Shown piece after piece: positions 1 through 9,432 of a DNA stretch of 64,000 bases. Position 1 is the stretch's first letter. Each line of letters opens with the position of its first letter. Below the pieces are notes generated by a model. It was given only the letters and a program-made list of their open reading frames with translations, was not told the DNA's origin and ran no database searches. The DNA lies in the NCBI GenBank assembly GCA_021513695.1, contig CP084166.1, forward strand, positions 608,001-672,000, read 5' to 3'. Made by a program: the position numbers and the translations under genes. The stretch is from Candidatus Heimdallarchaeum aukensis (lineage in GTDB: Archaea; Asgardarchaeota; Heimdallarchaeia; Heimdallarchaeales; Heimdallarchaeaceae).

Positions 1-1
1 T

Positions 2-547
2 ATTTTCAAAATTGTACTTATTGGTGATGGCGCAGTAGGAAAAACTTCTATTAGAATGCAATATATGGGATACGGATTCAATACCAGTCATCTTATGACC
101 CTGGGAGCAGATTTTTCATCTATTGATAAAGAAATTATTCCTAACGAAAAATGGAAATTTCAAATTTGGGATTTAGCAGGACAACAAATGTTTGAACAAG
201 TTCGAGCTCGTTTTTACAAAGGAGCTCAGGGTGCCTTACTTGTCTTTGATATCACTCGCCCTTCCTCTTTTCAAAACCTTCCCATGTGGTTAAACGAATT
301 GTATAAATTCAACGGATCAGGAGTTGTCCCTGTTGTAGTCCTTGCTAATAAGAGTGATTTGAGAGATAGAAAAAGTGTTAAATTCAAACATGTAGAAAAA
401 TATGTTTCTGAATTAAATCTGCGTACCCAACGCTATGGTGTAACTAATTATTGTTTAGAAACAAGTGCCAAGACTGGATTAAACATCGATAGAGCTTTTG
501 AAATTCTCGGGAGAAGCATTCGAGATAAATCAAGCAAAAAAACATAA
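2..547 (+). CDS. Rab/Ras-family small GTPase (5' end cut by window edge)
   Basis: The frame is open from nt 2. Motifs: IFKIVLIGDGAVGKTS (G1 P-loop), TLGADF (switch I), WDLAGQ (G3), LANKSD (G4), ETSAK (G5). YKGAQGALLVFDIT resembles Rab YYRGAxG. There is no C-terminal Cys lipidation motif; the tail is polybasic (KSSKKT). Confidence 0.9.
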   Translation: MFKIVLIGDGAVGKTSIRMQYMGYGFNTSHLMTLGADFSSIDKEIIPNEKWKFQIWDLAGQQMFEQVRARFYKGAQGALLVFDITRPSSFQNLPMWLNELYKFNGSGVVPVVVLANKSDLRDRKSVKFKHVEKYVSELNLRTQRYGVTNYCLETSAKTGLNIDRAFEILGRSIRDKSSKKT

Positions 548-628
548 TACCCAATACATTAATTTTTTATACTTTAAGTGATTCTTTTAAGTATATACTA
601 ATAAACGAAAGATTCTGAGGAAAAACCA

Positions 629-1195
629 ATGCTCACATTTAAGATCCTTTTTATAGGCGATAATAGCGTAGGTAAAACTACTTTATTTAAAAAAATTGTT
701 CAAAATGAAAAAAATAAAGAAAAGATCCCTTCTCTAAAAGCAGAAATAGTAAAAGTTTATCGTACAATCCAAGGAGAAGAAGTAGCTTTTGAACTATATG
801 ATTTACCTGCGAGAGAACTTTTATCATCTCCTCAAAGAACAAAATGGTATTTAGGGACTGATGGAGCGTTTATAGTTTTTGACATTACAAAAGCAGAAAC
901 GTTCAGAAGAGTAACATTCTGGCTAGAACAATTAATAAATTATAACAGAAAAGGGAAGATACCTATAGTATTAGTAGGTAATAAAATAGATATGAGAGAC
1001 AATCCTAATGTGAGAAATAGGACACTAAACCCTATAGATGCTCAAGCTTTCTGTCTTCGACTAAATCGTACATCAGCTAGAGAAGGAATTAATAATGAAT
1101 TCTTCGAAGTCTCAGCAATCTCAGGGAAAGGTTTAACTCAATTACTTGATGCATTAGCTAAAAATATTTATAACCATCACAAAAAAATAAAATAG
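629..1195 (+). CDS. Divergent Ras-superfamily small GTPase with non-canonical G3 (DLPARE)
   Basis: Motifs: FIGDNSVGKTT (G1), GNKIDM (G4), VSAISG (G5). G3 reads YDLPARE instead of DxxGQ. The C-terminus is polybasic (HHKKIK). A GAGG-like motif lies about 10 nt upstream of the ATG. Confidence 0.85.
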   Translation: MLTFKILFIGDNSVGKTTLFKKIVQNEKNKEKIPSLKAEIVKVYRTIQGEEVAFELYDLPARELLSSPQRTKWYLGTDGAFIVFDITKAETFRRVTFWLEQLINYNRKGKIPIVLVGNKIDMRDNPNVRNRTLNPIDAQAFCLRLNRTSAREGINNEFFEVSAISGKGLTQLLDALAKNIYNHHKKIK

Positions 1196-1227
1196 GAAAC
1201 ATAGCTCTACTCGGAGATAAGATTTGA

Positions 1228-1773
1228 ATGTTTTTAGTCGCTCACATTGGATATACTTTATTAACTGCTGAAATACTCGCACACCTATATTATTGGTTGT
1301 TCTTAAAGAAAAAGAATTTGGAGCCTACAGATAGTTGGGGAATAGTTCATTTTGCTTTTCTACCCCTCATAATAGGTGCTCTTGGTCCAGACATTATTGA
1401 TAAATTAATTTCAGAACCTATAACAGGTTATGGCAGGTATATTGGACATTCTATTCCGTTCGCTATATTGATATTTATTTTATTTATAGCCATTTTTTGG
1501 AAGAAACCAACAGTTTATTCAGCTTTGATTCTTGGGTGGATAATGCACATCATTCTGGATACAGCAGGTTTTATTCCCTGGTTTTTCCCTTTTGTAGAAT
1601 ACAACTTTCAATCAAAAACTCAAACATATATTGAGCTTCTTTTTCAACCATATGTTTACAATAACGAAATTGGAGGATTCCTGTGCATACTTTTTCTCGC
1701 AGTTCTTTACTTTAGAAGAGGTTTTACTCTCAGATCTTTTATTCAACATATCTTTACTTTCTCTCCTAAATAA
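1228..1773 (+). CDS. Membrane-bound metal-dependent hydrolase-like protein (YdjM/DUF457-like)
   Basis: Multi-pass hydrophobic protein with conserved-looking polar positions (N-terminal VAHIGY, GPDIIDK, IGHS, MHIILD) as I recall for DUF457. Assigned from memory of the family pattern only. Confidence 0.45.
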   Translation: MFLVAHIGYTLLTAEILAHLYYWLFLKKKNLEPTDSWGIVHFAFLPLIIGALGPDIIDKLISEPITGYGRYIGHSIPFAILIFILFIAIFWKKPTVYSALILGWIMHIILDTAGFIPWFFPFVEYNFQSKTQTYIELLFQPYVYNNEIGGFLCILFLAVLYFRRGFTLRSFIQHIFTFSPK

Positions 1774-1831
1774 TTTGAATAGATTTAAATAGTAGTCCAT
1801 TACTACTATAGTAGTAATAGGGCGATTGAGT

Positions 1832-3067
1832 ATGAAATATTGCACAAAATGTGGAACAAAAACACCAGAAGATGCAGTTTTTTGTTATGTATGTGGAACA
1901 AAAATTGATGATCTATCTGTTGATTTACAAAAATCAACAAAGGACAAAGTAAGCGATCACAGACATTACTATCCTCACTCTTCACAACAAATAGATGATA
2001 AATACTACAAAGATTATACCCACAAAGAACACGTTTTTCTTAAAATCTTAGCTATTGTCTTTATAATTGGAATGATCACTGCTTCTATTTCTTTATTTGC
2101 TGTTTTCAGCTCTTTCAGAATGGATGTCATTGGTACTCAAAATTACTATTTAGAAGAAGCAAACTCTAATGAAGTTTTTCTAAATATTTACAACGGTATT
2201 GGAGACATAGACATTATCTTTACTGATGATACAGACATAATGGTCGAAATAAATGTAATCGTATTAGGCAGAAAAAATGTTGATGAGTCAGAATTTGCGG
2301 AATTTAAAATAAATGATTATGAGAAAAATCTTACCATTGAGTTTGATTCTGGAGAACAAATCTTTTCTTTCTTTAATAAGAAAATTCTTGAATATGATAT
2401 TAGCATTACTTTAAACTCTAAACTAGTTCTATATGCAGATGTTCAGATGGAAACGGGAGACTTTTACTTGGACATCAATTGCCAAACAGCTAATATAAAC
2501 AATTTAAATATTGTAACAAAGACAGGTGATGTTAGCATTTATGCATATTCCACGGAAAATGTAACAATCAACAACGTATATCTAGTTTCCACAACTGGAC
2601 AAATTCAGTTTAGTTTAAGTGATGAAGGAGCAAATTACATCAGCAATGTATTTGCAACCACAACCACAGGAAAAATATTTTTCGATTTTGGTAGGAATAG
2701 TATATACAATGGAAATGAAATAGAACTTACAACAACTACAGGAAAAATAGTCCTATACTGCACTAACATGCAATATTTAGAAAATGTTACTTGGTTAATT
2801 TCTACAAGTACAGGTTCGGTTTATGCAAATATCACTCAAGATTTTATCATTGAAAAACAATTACAAATTTCTTTCTTTATTACAGTTAATACTGGGTCAA
2901 TAGAAATTCTTGCTGAATTCCACGATGATATTGGTTACCTTTTCGAAGCAACAACTGATACTGGAACAATTACAATTCCTGAACAATCTCCAAATTATGA
3001 TACTGCTTTAAACAAGTATTATTTTTCCTTAAGCACTGACACTGGAAACATAATGGCAGAATTGTAA
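1832..3067 (+). CDS. Zinc-ribbon / single-TM / DUF4097-like beta-helical repeat protein
   Basis: N-terminal CTKCGTKTPEDAVFCYVCGTKI zinc ribbon, then one TM (FLKILAIVFIIGMITASISLFAVF). After that come repeated [TS]TG-x-[IV]-x-[FIL] strands (TGDVSIY, TTGQIQF, TTGKIFF, TTGKIVL, STGSVYA, NTGSIEI, DTGTITI, DTGNIMA), typical of DUF4097 putative-adhesin repeats. The track start (TTG 1826) is replaced by the ATG at 1832. Confidence 0.7.
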   Translation: MKYCTKCGTKTPEDAVFCYVCGTKIDDLSVDLQKSTKDKVSDHRHYYPHSSQQIDDKYYKDYTHKEHVFLKILAIVFIIGMITASISLFAVFSSFRMDVIGTQNYYLEEANSNEVFLNIYNGIGDIDIIFTDDTDIMVEINVIVLGRKNVDESEFAEFKINDYEKNLTIEFDSGEQIFSFFNKKILEYDISITLNSKLVLYADVQMETGDFYLDINCQTANINNLNIVTKTGDVSIYAYSTENVTINNVYLVSTTGQIQFSLSDEGANYISNVFATTTTGKIFFDFGRNSIYNGNEIELTTTTGKIVLYCTNMQYLENVTWLISTSTGSVYANITQDFIIEKQLQISFFITVNTGSIEILAEFHDDIGYLFEATTDTGTITIPEQSPNYDTALNKYYFSLSTDTGNIMAEL

Positions 3068-3136
3068 TCTTATGCAGCATTTTTTTCTTTTTTTTGATTA
3101 CAATAAATTAAAAAATGTTCAAAATTAGTTTTTCAT

Positions 3137-4282
3137 ATGACCGATAAATACATTGAACAAATTAGAGAAGATTCTCCTACTTTGAACCAAGTAGCTTTTT
3201 TGAATCATGCGAGCACAGCTCCTTTACATGGAAGAACACAGCAAGCTTTCTATGATTATTTGAATCAATGGTCTAAATACAATTTTACTGAATCAAGAGA
3301 AAAAAGTCAACTCGCTCGTGAAGAATTTGCTAAATTAATTGGAGCTTCAAAAGAAGAAATTCTTTTTACTTCTGATGTTACTCAAGGAACTAATTTAGCA
3401 GTTCACATGTTAGATTATGATGAAAAAAGCAATATTGTCTGCTATTGGAATGATTATGCAGGACAAGTACATAGTGCCCTTTTCTTGCAAAAAAAGAAAA
3501 ATATAGAGTATAGACCTGTTCCAGATCGAGATGGATACATTTATCCTGAGGACTTTGCAGAAAAAATAGACAAAAACACTAAAATTGTTCTTTTGTCTCA
3601 TGTTCAATGGATTACTGGATTTAAGTCTGATATCAAGGAGATAGCTAAAATCGCTCACGAAAACGGTGCAATGATTTTAGTCGATGTAATTCAAAGTTCG
3701 GGTGTTCTCAAGATCGATGTTAGAGATTGGGATATTGATTTTCTTACTTCGGGTGTAGCTAAATGGCTTTTAGGACCTAATCAAACAGGTTTTTTCTATA
3801 TGAGAAAAAGATTCATTGATGAATACGATCCTCCTTTTCCAGGTTACCAAGGAGCAGATTATGGCTCTATTGAGTCTCCTTATTGGAATGTTAAAAAAAT
3901 ACAATACAGAGAAGGGATAGATAAGTTTCAAATTGCAAACATAGGTCCAATGATGTATCAAATTGCCTACGAAGGAATGAAAATAATCACTGATTATGGA
4001 ATAGAAAAAGTAGAGAAAAGAGTTTTAGAACTAACTGCTTATCTTATTAAGAGAATCCAAAATTTAGGCAATTATGAGCTTTTAAGTCCTGTTGAAGATA
4101 AGTATAGAGCTGGGATTGTTAATTTCAAAGTTGATAAAAACATTGAGATAGCCAAAAAACTTGCAGAAGAAAAGATAGTTGTTTCTCCAAGATATGGAGG
4201 AATCAGGATTAGTCCTCATTTCTATAATACAAAGGAAGACTTAGACAAATTTATTGAAAAATTCAAATCTATAAAGAAATAG
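3137..4282 (+). CDS. PLP-dependent aminotransferase class V (cysteine desulfurase / SufS-CsdA-like fold)
   Basis: FLNHASTAP near the N-terminus, LLSHVQWITG, ILVDVIQS, and SGVAKWLLGP (the PLP-lysine context SxxKWL) match class V aminotransferase landmarks. Substrate is not assignable. Confidence 0.75.
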   Translation: MTDKYIEQIREDSPTLNQVAFLNHASTAPLHGRTQQAFYDYLNQWSKYNFTESREKSQLAREEFAKLIGASKEEILFTSDVTQGTNLAVHMLDYDEKSNIVCYWNDYAGQVHSALFLQKKKNIEYRPVPDRDGYIYPEDFAEKIDKNTKIVLLSHVQWITGFKSDIKEIAKIAHENGAMILVDVIQSSGVLKIDVRDWDIDFLTSGVAKWLLGPNQTGFFYMRKRFIDEYDPPFPGYQGADYGSIESPYWNVKKIQYREGIDKFQIANIGPMMYQIAYEGMKIITDYGIEKVEKRVLELTAYLIKRIQNLGNYELLSPVEDKYRAGIVNFKVDKNIEIAKKLAEEKIVVSPRYGGIRISPHFYNTKEDLDKFIEKFKSIKK

Positions 4283-4380
4283 AAGTAGATTATCTCTATC
4301 TTACTTTTTTTGATGCTTACTAATTTTTCTGCCTAAATTTTATATAGTAGTACCATTTTATCCTCTTAATACAAATACAT

Positions 4381-7275
4381 ATGACCAATACGGGTGATTT
4401 AAAAGTGAAAAAAAAGAAACTTGAAGAGCCTGAGGAAGTAAAAGAAGAAGTTTATTGGCATGCGTTAAAAAAAGAAGAAGTCTTTAAGCGCTTGAATACT
4501 TCTGAAAATGGACTTAGCTCTGAAGAAGTCTCAAAAAGACACGAAATATACGGTTTAAACAAGATTGTAATTAAAGAACGTTTTAAAATTCTAAAAATGA
4601 TTATTGAACAATTTCAAGATTTCCTTGTACTCTTACTAGTTGTAGCTGGCACCATAAGTTTAGGTGTAGGTATTTCATATTCTTCTCCTGGAAATATTTC
4701 TACAGAGATCTATGATGCTATTGCCATTTTTGCAATAGTATTACTTAATGCTAGTATAGGATTTGTTCAAGATTACAAGTCTAATCAAGCTTTAGAAAAA
4801 CTAAAAGAGTATTTCGAGCAAGATGTGGTTACTATAAGGAACGGAAAAGAGTTCATTGTTCCTTCTTCAGATCTTGTTCCTGGAGATATAATTGTAATAG
4901 AGGCAGGAGACAAAATCCCAGCAGATTGTAGAATTTTACAATTAAACAATTTAAAAATAGATGAAGCCCCCCTTACTGGAGAATCAAAATCTATAACCAA
5001 GAGCCTAGATCTTGTAGACAAAGATGCAAGAATACACGATAGAAAAAATATGGTTTTTATGGGTACGACTTGTGTTTATGGAAGAGCTAAACTTGTAGTA
5101 GTAAAAACTGGAATGGAAACAGAGATGGGTGAGATCGCCAAACTTACACAAGTTAAAACAGAGATGACTCCTTTACAGAAATCTCTTGATAGGTTTGGTA
5201 AAAGTTTAGGTGCGATAATTCTAGCTTTATCTGCTGTTATTATGATTGTTGAAATTATTTCTGAGATTCATTTTTATGGTTCAGAGAAAACAATCTTCGA
5301 GATTATATTTGAGAGCTTTGAAACCGCTATTGCTTTAGCTATTTCTGCTGTTCCTGAAGGTTTGGCCGCAGCGATAGTTATTACCTTAGCAATAGGAGTT
5401 TCACGTATGGCTAAAAAACGTACAATAGTTTCTAGATTACCAGCGGTTGAAACTTTAGGAAGCGTTAACTACATTTGCTCTGATAAAACAGGAACATTAA
5501 CCAGAAATGAGATGACTGTTAAAGAGATATGGACACCAGATGACAAATATATTGAAGTGGAAGGAAGCGGATATCTAAAAGAAGGAAGATTTATGCAAGA
5601 AGATAAAGTCTTCGATCCTTCAAAATCACCATCGCTAATGAAAGTGTTAGAAATTTCTTATCATTGCAACAATTCTTCTTTGATAAGAAACGGTAATTCT
5701 ATCCAAGTCAGAGGTGACCCTACCGAAGCTGCTCTTCTAGTTGTTGCTGAAAAAGGAGGATTGACTGAAGCTGATAAAAAAGAGAGAATTCATGAACTAT
5801 TTTTTGACAGTGACAGAAAAAGAATGACTACAATCCACAAAGATGGCGAAAAGAATATTGCACTCATGAAAGGTTCTCCACCCATTGTTTTACAAAGATG
5901 TAAATATATTTTAATTAATGGTAAAGTTGAACCTTTAACCGCAGAAATACAAAAGTCTATAGAAGAAGCTAACGTTAACATGTCATCTAAAGCTCTTCGA
6001 GTTTTGGCAATGGCTTACCGCGAGGTTCCTGATGACTTTGACAGAGATGATTATGACTCTATAGAAGTAGATATGATTTTTGTAGGATTAACAGGAATGA
6101 TTGACCCAGCAAGACCAAACGTAAAAGAAGCTATACAAGAGTGCAAAGAAGCTGGTATAACTACAATCATGATTACTGGAGATCAAAAAGAAACTGCTGT
6201 AGCTGTAGCCAAAGAAATAGGAATACTAACTTCTGAAGATGAACTAGTTGTAAATGGAGAAGAATTAGACCTAATGACTGAAGAAGAGTTAGTAGAGAAA
6301 ATAGAGAAAATAAAAGTCTATAGTAGAATGAGTCCCAAAGATAAATACAGAGTGGTCGAGACCTTACAAAAATTAGACAATTTTGTTGCTGTAACTGGAG
6401 ATGGAGTAAATGATGCTCCTGCACTAAAGAAAGCTGATATCGGTGTTGCTATGGGAATCACTGGAACTGATGTAACTAAAGAAGTTGCAGATATGGTTAT
6501 TACAGACGATGCTTTTAACACAATAGTTGATGCAGTAGAAGAAGGAAGAAATATCTTTGCTAACATGAAGCGATTTATAAGATACACTTTAAGTAGTAAT
6601 TTTGATGAATTGTTTGCAGTGTTACTTATTACTTCTTGGTTAGGAGTTTTACCCTTTACCCCCTTACAAATTCTGTTCCTTAACTTATTAACTGATGCCT
6701 TACCAGCTTTAAGTTTATCCTTTGAACCATATGATCCAAAGTTGATGAAGAGACCTCCAAGAGGAAAACATGATTCATTCCTTCGAGAAATGTATTCTTT
6801 CGCAGTTATTTCAGGTATAGTTGCTTTCTTTGCATCTGTTTCAATGTTCTTACTAGTATATTTCCACATGGGTCCTCAAAAGTTCGGTTCAATAGACATC
6901 CCAGAGAACAAGGACCAAATAGTAGCTTATGCCCAATTTATGGCTTTCATTGTAACCCTTACATTTGAATTAGTTTTCGTGTTCATAGCTAGAAATGACA
7001 ACGATGTCAAAGTCTATGAGACTAATCCTTTCAAGAACAAGATGCTCATCTGGGCAGTTATTAGCTCTGTTGTGTTACTTGCCTTAGTAATTTTCATTCC
7101 TGTGCTTCAAAGTATTTTCACTTCGTTCGACAACTATTACTATGTTCCTGATCTGGTAGACTGGGCATGGATAGCTCTCTTCACTGTCGGATTCAATATT
7201 ATTATTGAACTCTTCAGAGAACTTATGATGACAAAGAAGATGAGTAAAATCGCTCACAAAATTGGTTTTGCCTAA
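4381..7275 (+). CDS. P-type ATPase, type IIA (Ca2+-ATPase-like cation pump)
   Basis: Motifs: ICSDKTGTLT (phosphorylation site), LTGES (actuator TGES), MITGDQ, TGDGVNDAPALKKADIG (hinge). M4 is PEGL, M5 is SSNFDE and M6 is NLLTDALPA, resembling SERCA/LMCA1 Ca2+-site residues. The N-terminus is Cation_ATPase_N-like (LSSEEVSKRHEIYGLN). Confidence 0.93.
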   Translation: MTNTGDLKVKKKKLEEPEEVKEEVYWHALKKEEVFKRLNTSENGLSSEEVSKRHEIYGLNKIVIKERFKILKMIIEQFQDFLVLLLVVAGTISLGVGISYSSPGNISTEIYDAIAIFAIVLLNASIGFVQDYKSNQALEKLKEYFEQDVVTIRNGKEFIVPSSDLVPGDIIVIEAGDKIPADCRILQLNNLKIDEAPLTGESKSITKSLDLVDKDARIHDRKNMVFMGTTCVYGRAKLVVVKTGMETEMGEIAKLTQVKTEMTPLQKSLDRFGKSLGAIILALSAVIMIVEIISEIHFYGSEKTIFEIIFESFETAIALAISAVPEGLAAAIVITLAIGVSRMAKKRTIVSRLPAVETLGSVNYICSDKTGTLTRNEMTVKEIWTPDDKYIEVEGSGYLKEGRFMQEDKVFDPSKSPSLMKVLEISYHCNNSSLIRNGNSIQVRGDPTEAALLVVAEKGGLTEADKKERIHELFFDSDRKRMTTIHKDGEKNIALMKGSPPIVLQRCKYILINGKVEPLTAEIQKSIEEANVNMSSKALRVLAMAYREVPDDFDRDDYDSIEVDMIFVGLTGMIDPARPNVKEAIQECKEAGITTIMITGDQKETAVAVAKEIGILTSEDELVVNGEELDLMTEEELVEKIEKIKVYSRMSPKDKYRVVETLQKLDNFVAVTGDGVNDAPALKKADIGVAMGITGTDVTKEVADMVITDDAFNTIVDAVEEGRNIFANMKRFIRYTLSSNFDELFAVLLITSWLGVLPFTPLQILFLNLLTDALPALSLSFEPYDPKLMKRPPRGKHDSFLREMYSFAVISGIVAFFASVSMFLLVYFHMGPQKFGSIDIPENKDQIVAYAQFMAFIVTLTFELVFVFIARNDNDVKVYETNPFKNKMLIWAVISSVVLLALVIFIPVLQSIFTSFDNYYYVPDLVDWAWIALFTVGFNIIIELFRELMMTKKMSKIAHKIGFA

Positions 7276-7469
7276 ATTCTTTTTTCTTTTAATTTTCTTT
7301 AATTTTCTTTAACTTTACTATCTAAAAGATCTTGAAATTCAAAATTCTGCAATTTAATTATTTGAAATGAACTGTTTAACGTTTAAATTAAATAATAAAA
7401 GGGTTTAACCGAATCTATTTATTAACTCTTATATAATAGATGATTCCTTAATTTTCAAGGTATTAAACA

Positions 7470-8513
7470 ATGAATCCTGTCATTGAAATAGAAAATATTG
7501 AGAAAATATATCGTAAAAAAAGTAGAAAAGGTCTATTTAAGCGTGAATTAATAGAAGTTAGGGCTCTTGATAATATTAGTTTTAACGTTGAAGAAGGGAT
7601 TATTTTTTCTCTTCTTGGTCCTAATGGTGCAGGAAAAACTACTTTAATTAAAATTCTTACTACTTTGCTCTTACCCACAGCAGGAAAAGCAAGAATTTTG
7701 GGTTATGATGTTGTTAAAGAGGGAGGAAAAATTAGGAAGCACATTAATGCTATGCTGATGGGAGAGAGAAGTATTTACTGGAAGTTAACAGGTTATCAGA
7801 ATTTAGAGTATTTTGCTTCATTGTATCACATACCTAGAAAAGTTGCAAAAGTTAAAATCGATAAACTATCTGAAAAGTTAGATCTTAGCGATTTTATTAA
7901 TAGAAAAGTGGAAACTTACTCAAGTGGTCAAAAATTTAAGATAGCTTTTGCTAAATCGCTATTAAATGATCCTAAGCTCATTTTTCTAGATGAACCAACT
8001 GCTACTTTAGACCCAAGAGCAGCAAGAGAAGTCAGAGAAATCATTAAACAACTAAATGACGAAGGAACTACTATTTTTCTTACTACACATAATATGAATG
8101 AAGCAGATGAATTATCAGATGAAGTAGCAATTTTGGATTTAGGAAAAATAATCGAAATCGATACCCCTGAGAATCTAAAAGAACAGATTCATACTTCAGA
8201 GAGTATAGTAATCGATGTTCCTTTTATTGAACTAAGAAGTAAAGATAAATTGTTATCTGATATCAGGAGTCTTTCTTTTGTTAGTGATATTGCCTATAGT
8301 CAAGTGGTCAACGGAAACGGGAATAAAGGAGAAGAAAAAACAAAAATAAGGATAACCACTTCAAAAGAGATTAATTTGTCAAATATTGTAAATCTCTTTG
8401 AAAAAAATTCTATTCCTATCTTATCAATTAATCAAGAGAAAATAAGTCTAGAAGATGTATTTCTATCAAAAACAGGAAGATTACTATCAGAGGATACTAG
8501 TAAAAGGGTGTGA
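7470..8513 (+). CDS. ABC transporter ATP-binding protein (ABC-2/DrrA-like) with C-terminal extension
   Basis: Walker A GPNGAGKTT, signature SSGQKFKIAFA, Walker B LIFLDEPT, H-loop TTHNM. The stop overlaps the next gene's start (GTGA). Confidence 0.92.
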   Translation: MNPVIEIENIEKIYRKKSRKGLFKRELIEVRALDNISFNVEEGIIFSLLGPNGAGKTTLIKILTTLLLPTAGKARILGYDVVKEGGKIRKHINAMLMGERSIYWKLTGYQNLEYFASLYHIPRKVAKVKIDKLSEKLDLSDFINRKVETYSSGQKFKIAFAKSLLNDPKLIFLDEPTATLDPRAAREVREIIKQLNDEGTTIFLTTHNMNEADELSDEVAILDLGKIIEIDTPENLKEQIHTSESIVIDVPFIELRSKDKLLSDIRSLSFVSDIAYSQVVNGNGNKGEEKTKIRITTSKEINLSNIVNLFEKNSIPILSINQEKISLEDVFLSKTGRLLSEDTSKRV

Positions 8514-9421
8514 TTCAAATTATTGAGAAACAAGAATCTTTTTCTTATTTTTTCAAGAAAAATCTTATTGTCGTTAAAGGAGTATTTAGACAACAATGGC
8601 AAATAGCAAAGTCTTATCTCTCAAATACTAGTATTGCATTCATTGTACCAATTGTAATGACTGCACTTCCTTTATTACTTATAAGAGCAGTAGGAGTAGA
8701 TGAACAACTTATTGCAGCTAACTTTTTTGGAGGGCATTCTGGGTCTATAAGTGGTTTTATTGCTATCGGGTCTAATATCTGGATGTTAATGCTTGCTATT
8801 CTCTGGGATTTTTCAACTTATTTACGTGATGAGCAAATGACAGGAACACTAGAAACACTACTTATGAGTCCGGCTAAAAGATATTCTATCATCGCTGGAA
8901 GAGCAAGTTTTTCTATCCTTTTTAATGTAATAATAAGCTTTTTTGCAACTATCATCAGTTTATTGATCTTTGCGAGAGATATGCTTTTTGAAATTGGACT
9001 ATTACCATTGTTTTTACTCTTGGTTCTCACTGTGATTGGTTGCTTACCTATGATTGGCCTTTCTTACTTCATTGGTGCATTAGTCCTGAAGTTTAAAGAA
9101 GTTTATTCTTTAGTTAATCTTCTTCAATGGTTTTTTGGTCTTATAATGGGGGTGTATGTTCCAATTACTAGCCTACCTTTGATAGTGAGAGTATTTAGCA
9201 TAATGTTCCCAGCTACATGGAGTGTATCTGATATTAGAGCTATTACTGCAGGTTCTCCACCTATGTTGTTATTATTGGGAATAAAAAATGCAGGATTCCC
9301 TATATTGATAAGCACATTAATAGTTATAGGATTTGCAATCTTTTGGGGAATAATAGGTTTTGTAGTATTTTCAAAATACGAGCTTAAAATCAAGAGAAAT
9401 GAAGGTTTAAGTAAATATTAG
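8510..9421 (+). CDS. ABC-2 type transporter permease
   Basis: Six-TM-like hydrophobic profile. EQMTGTLETLLMSP motif. GTG start overlaps the upstream ATPase stop (translational coupling). Confidence 0.8.
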   Translation: MIQIIEKQESFSYFFKKNLIVVKGVFRQQWQIAKSYLSNTSIAFIVPIVMTALPLLLIRAVGVDEQLIAANFFGGHSGSISGFIAIGSNIWMLMLAILWDFSTYLRDEQMTGTLETLLMSPAKRYSIIAGRASFSILFNVIISFFATIISLLIFARDMLFEIGLLPLFLLLVLTVIGCLPMIGLSYFIGALVLKFKEVYSLVNLLQWFFGLIMGVYVPITSLPLIVRVFSIMFPATWSVSDIRAITAGSPPMLLLLGIKNAGFPILISTLIVIGFAIFWGIIGFVVFSKYELKIKRNEGLSKY

Positions 9422-9432
9422 GAGTTGAAGTT

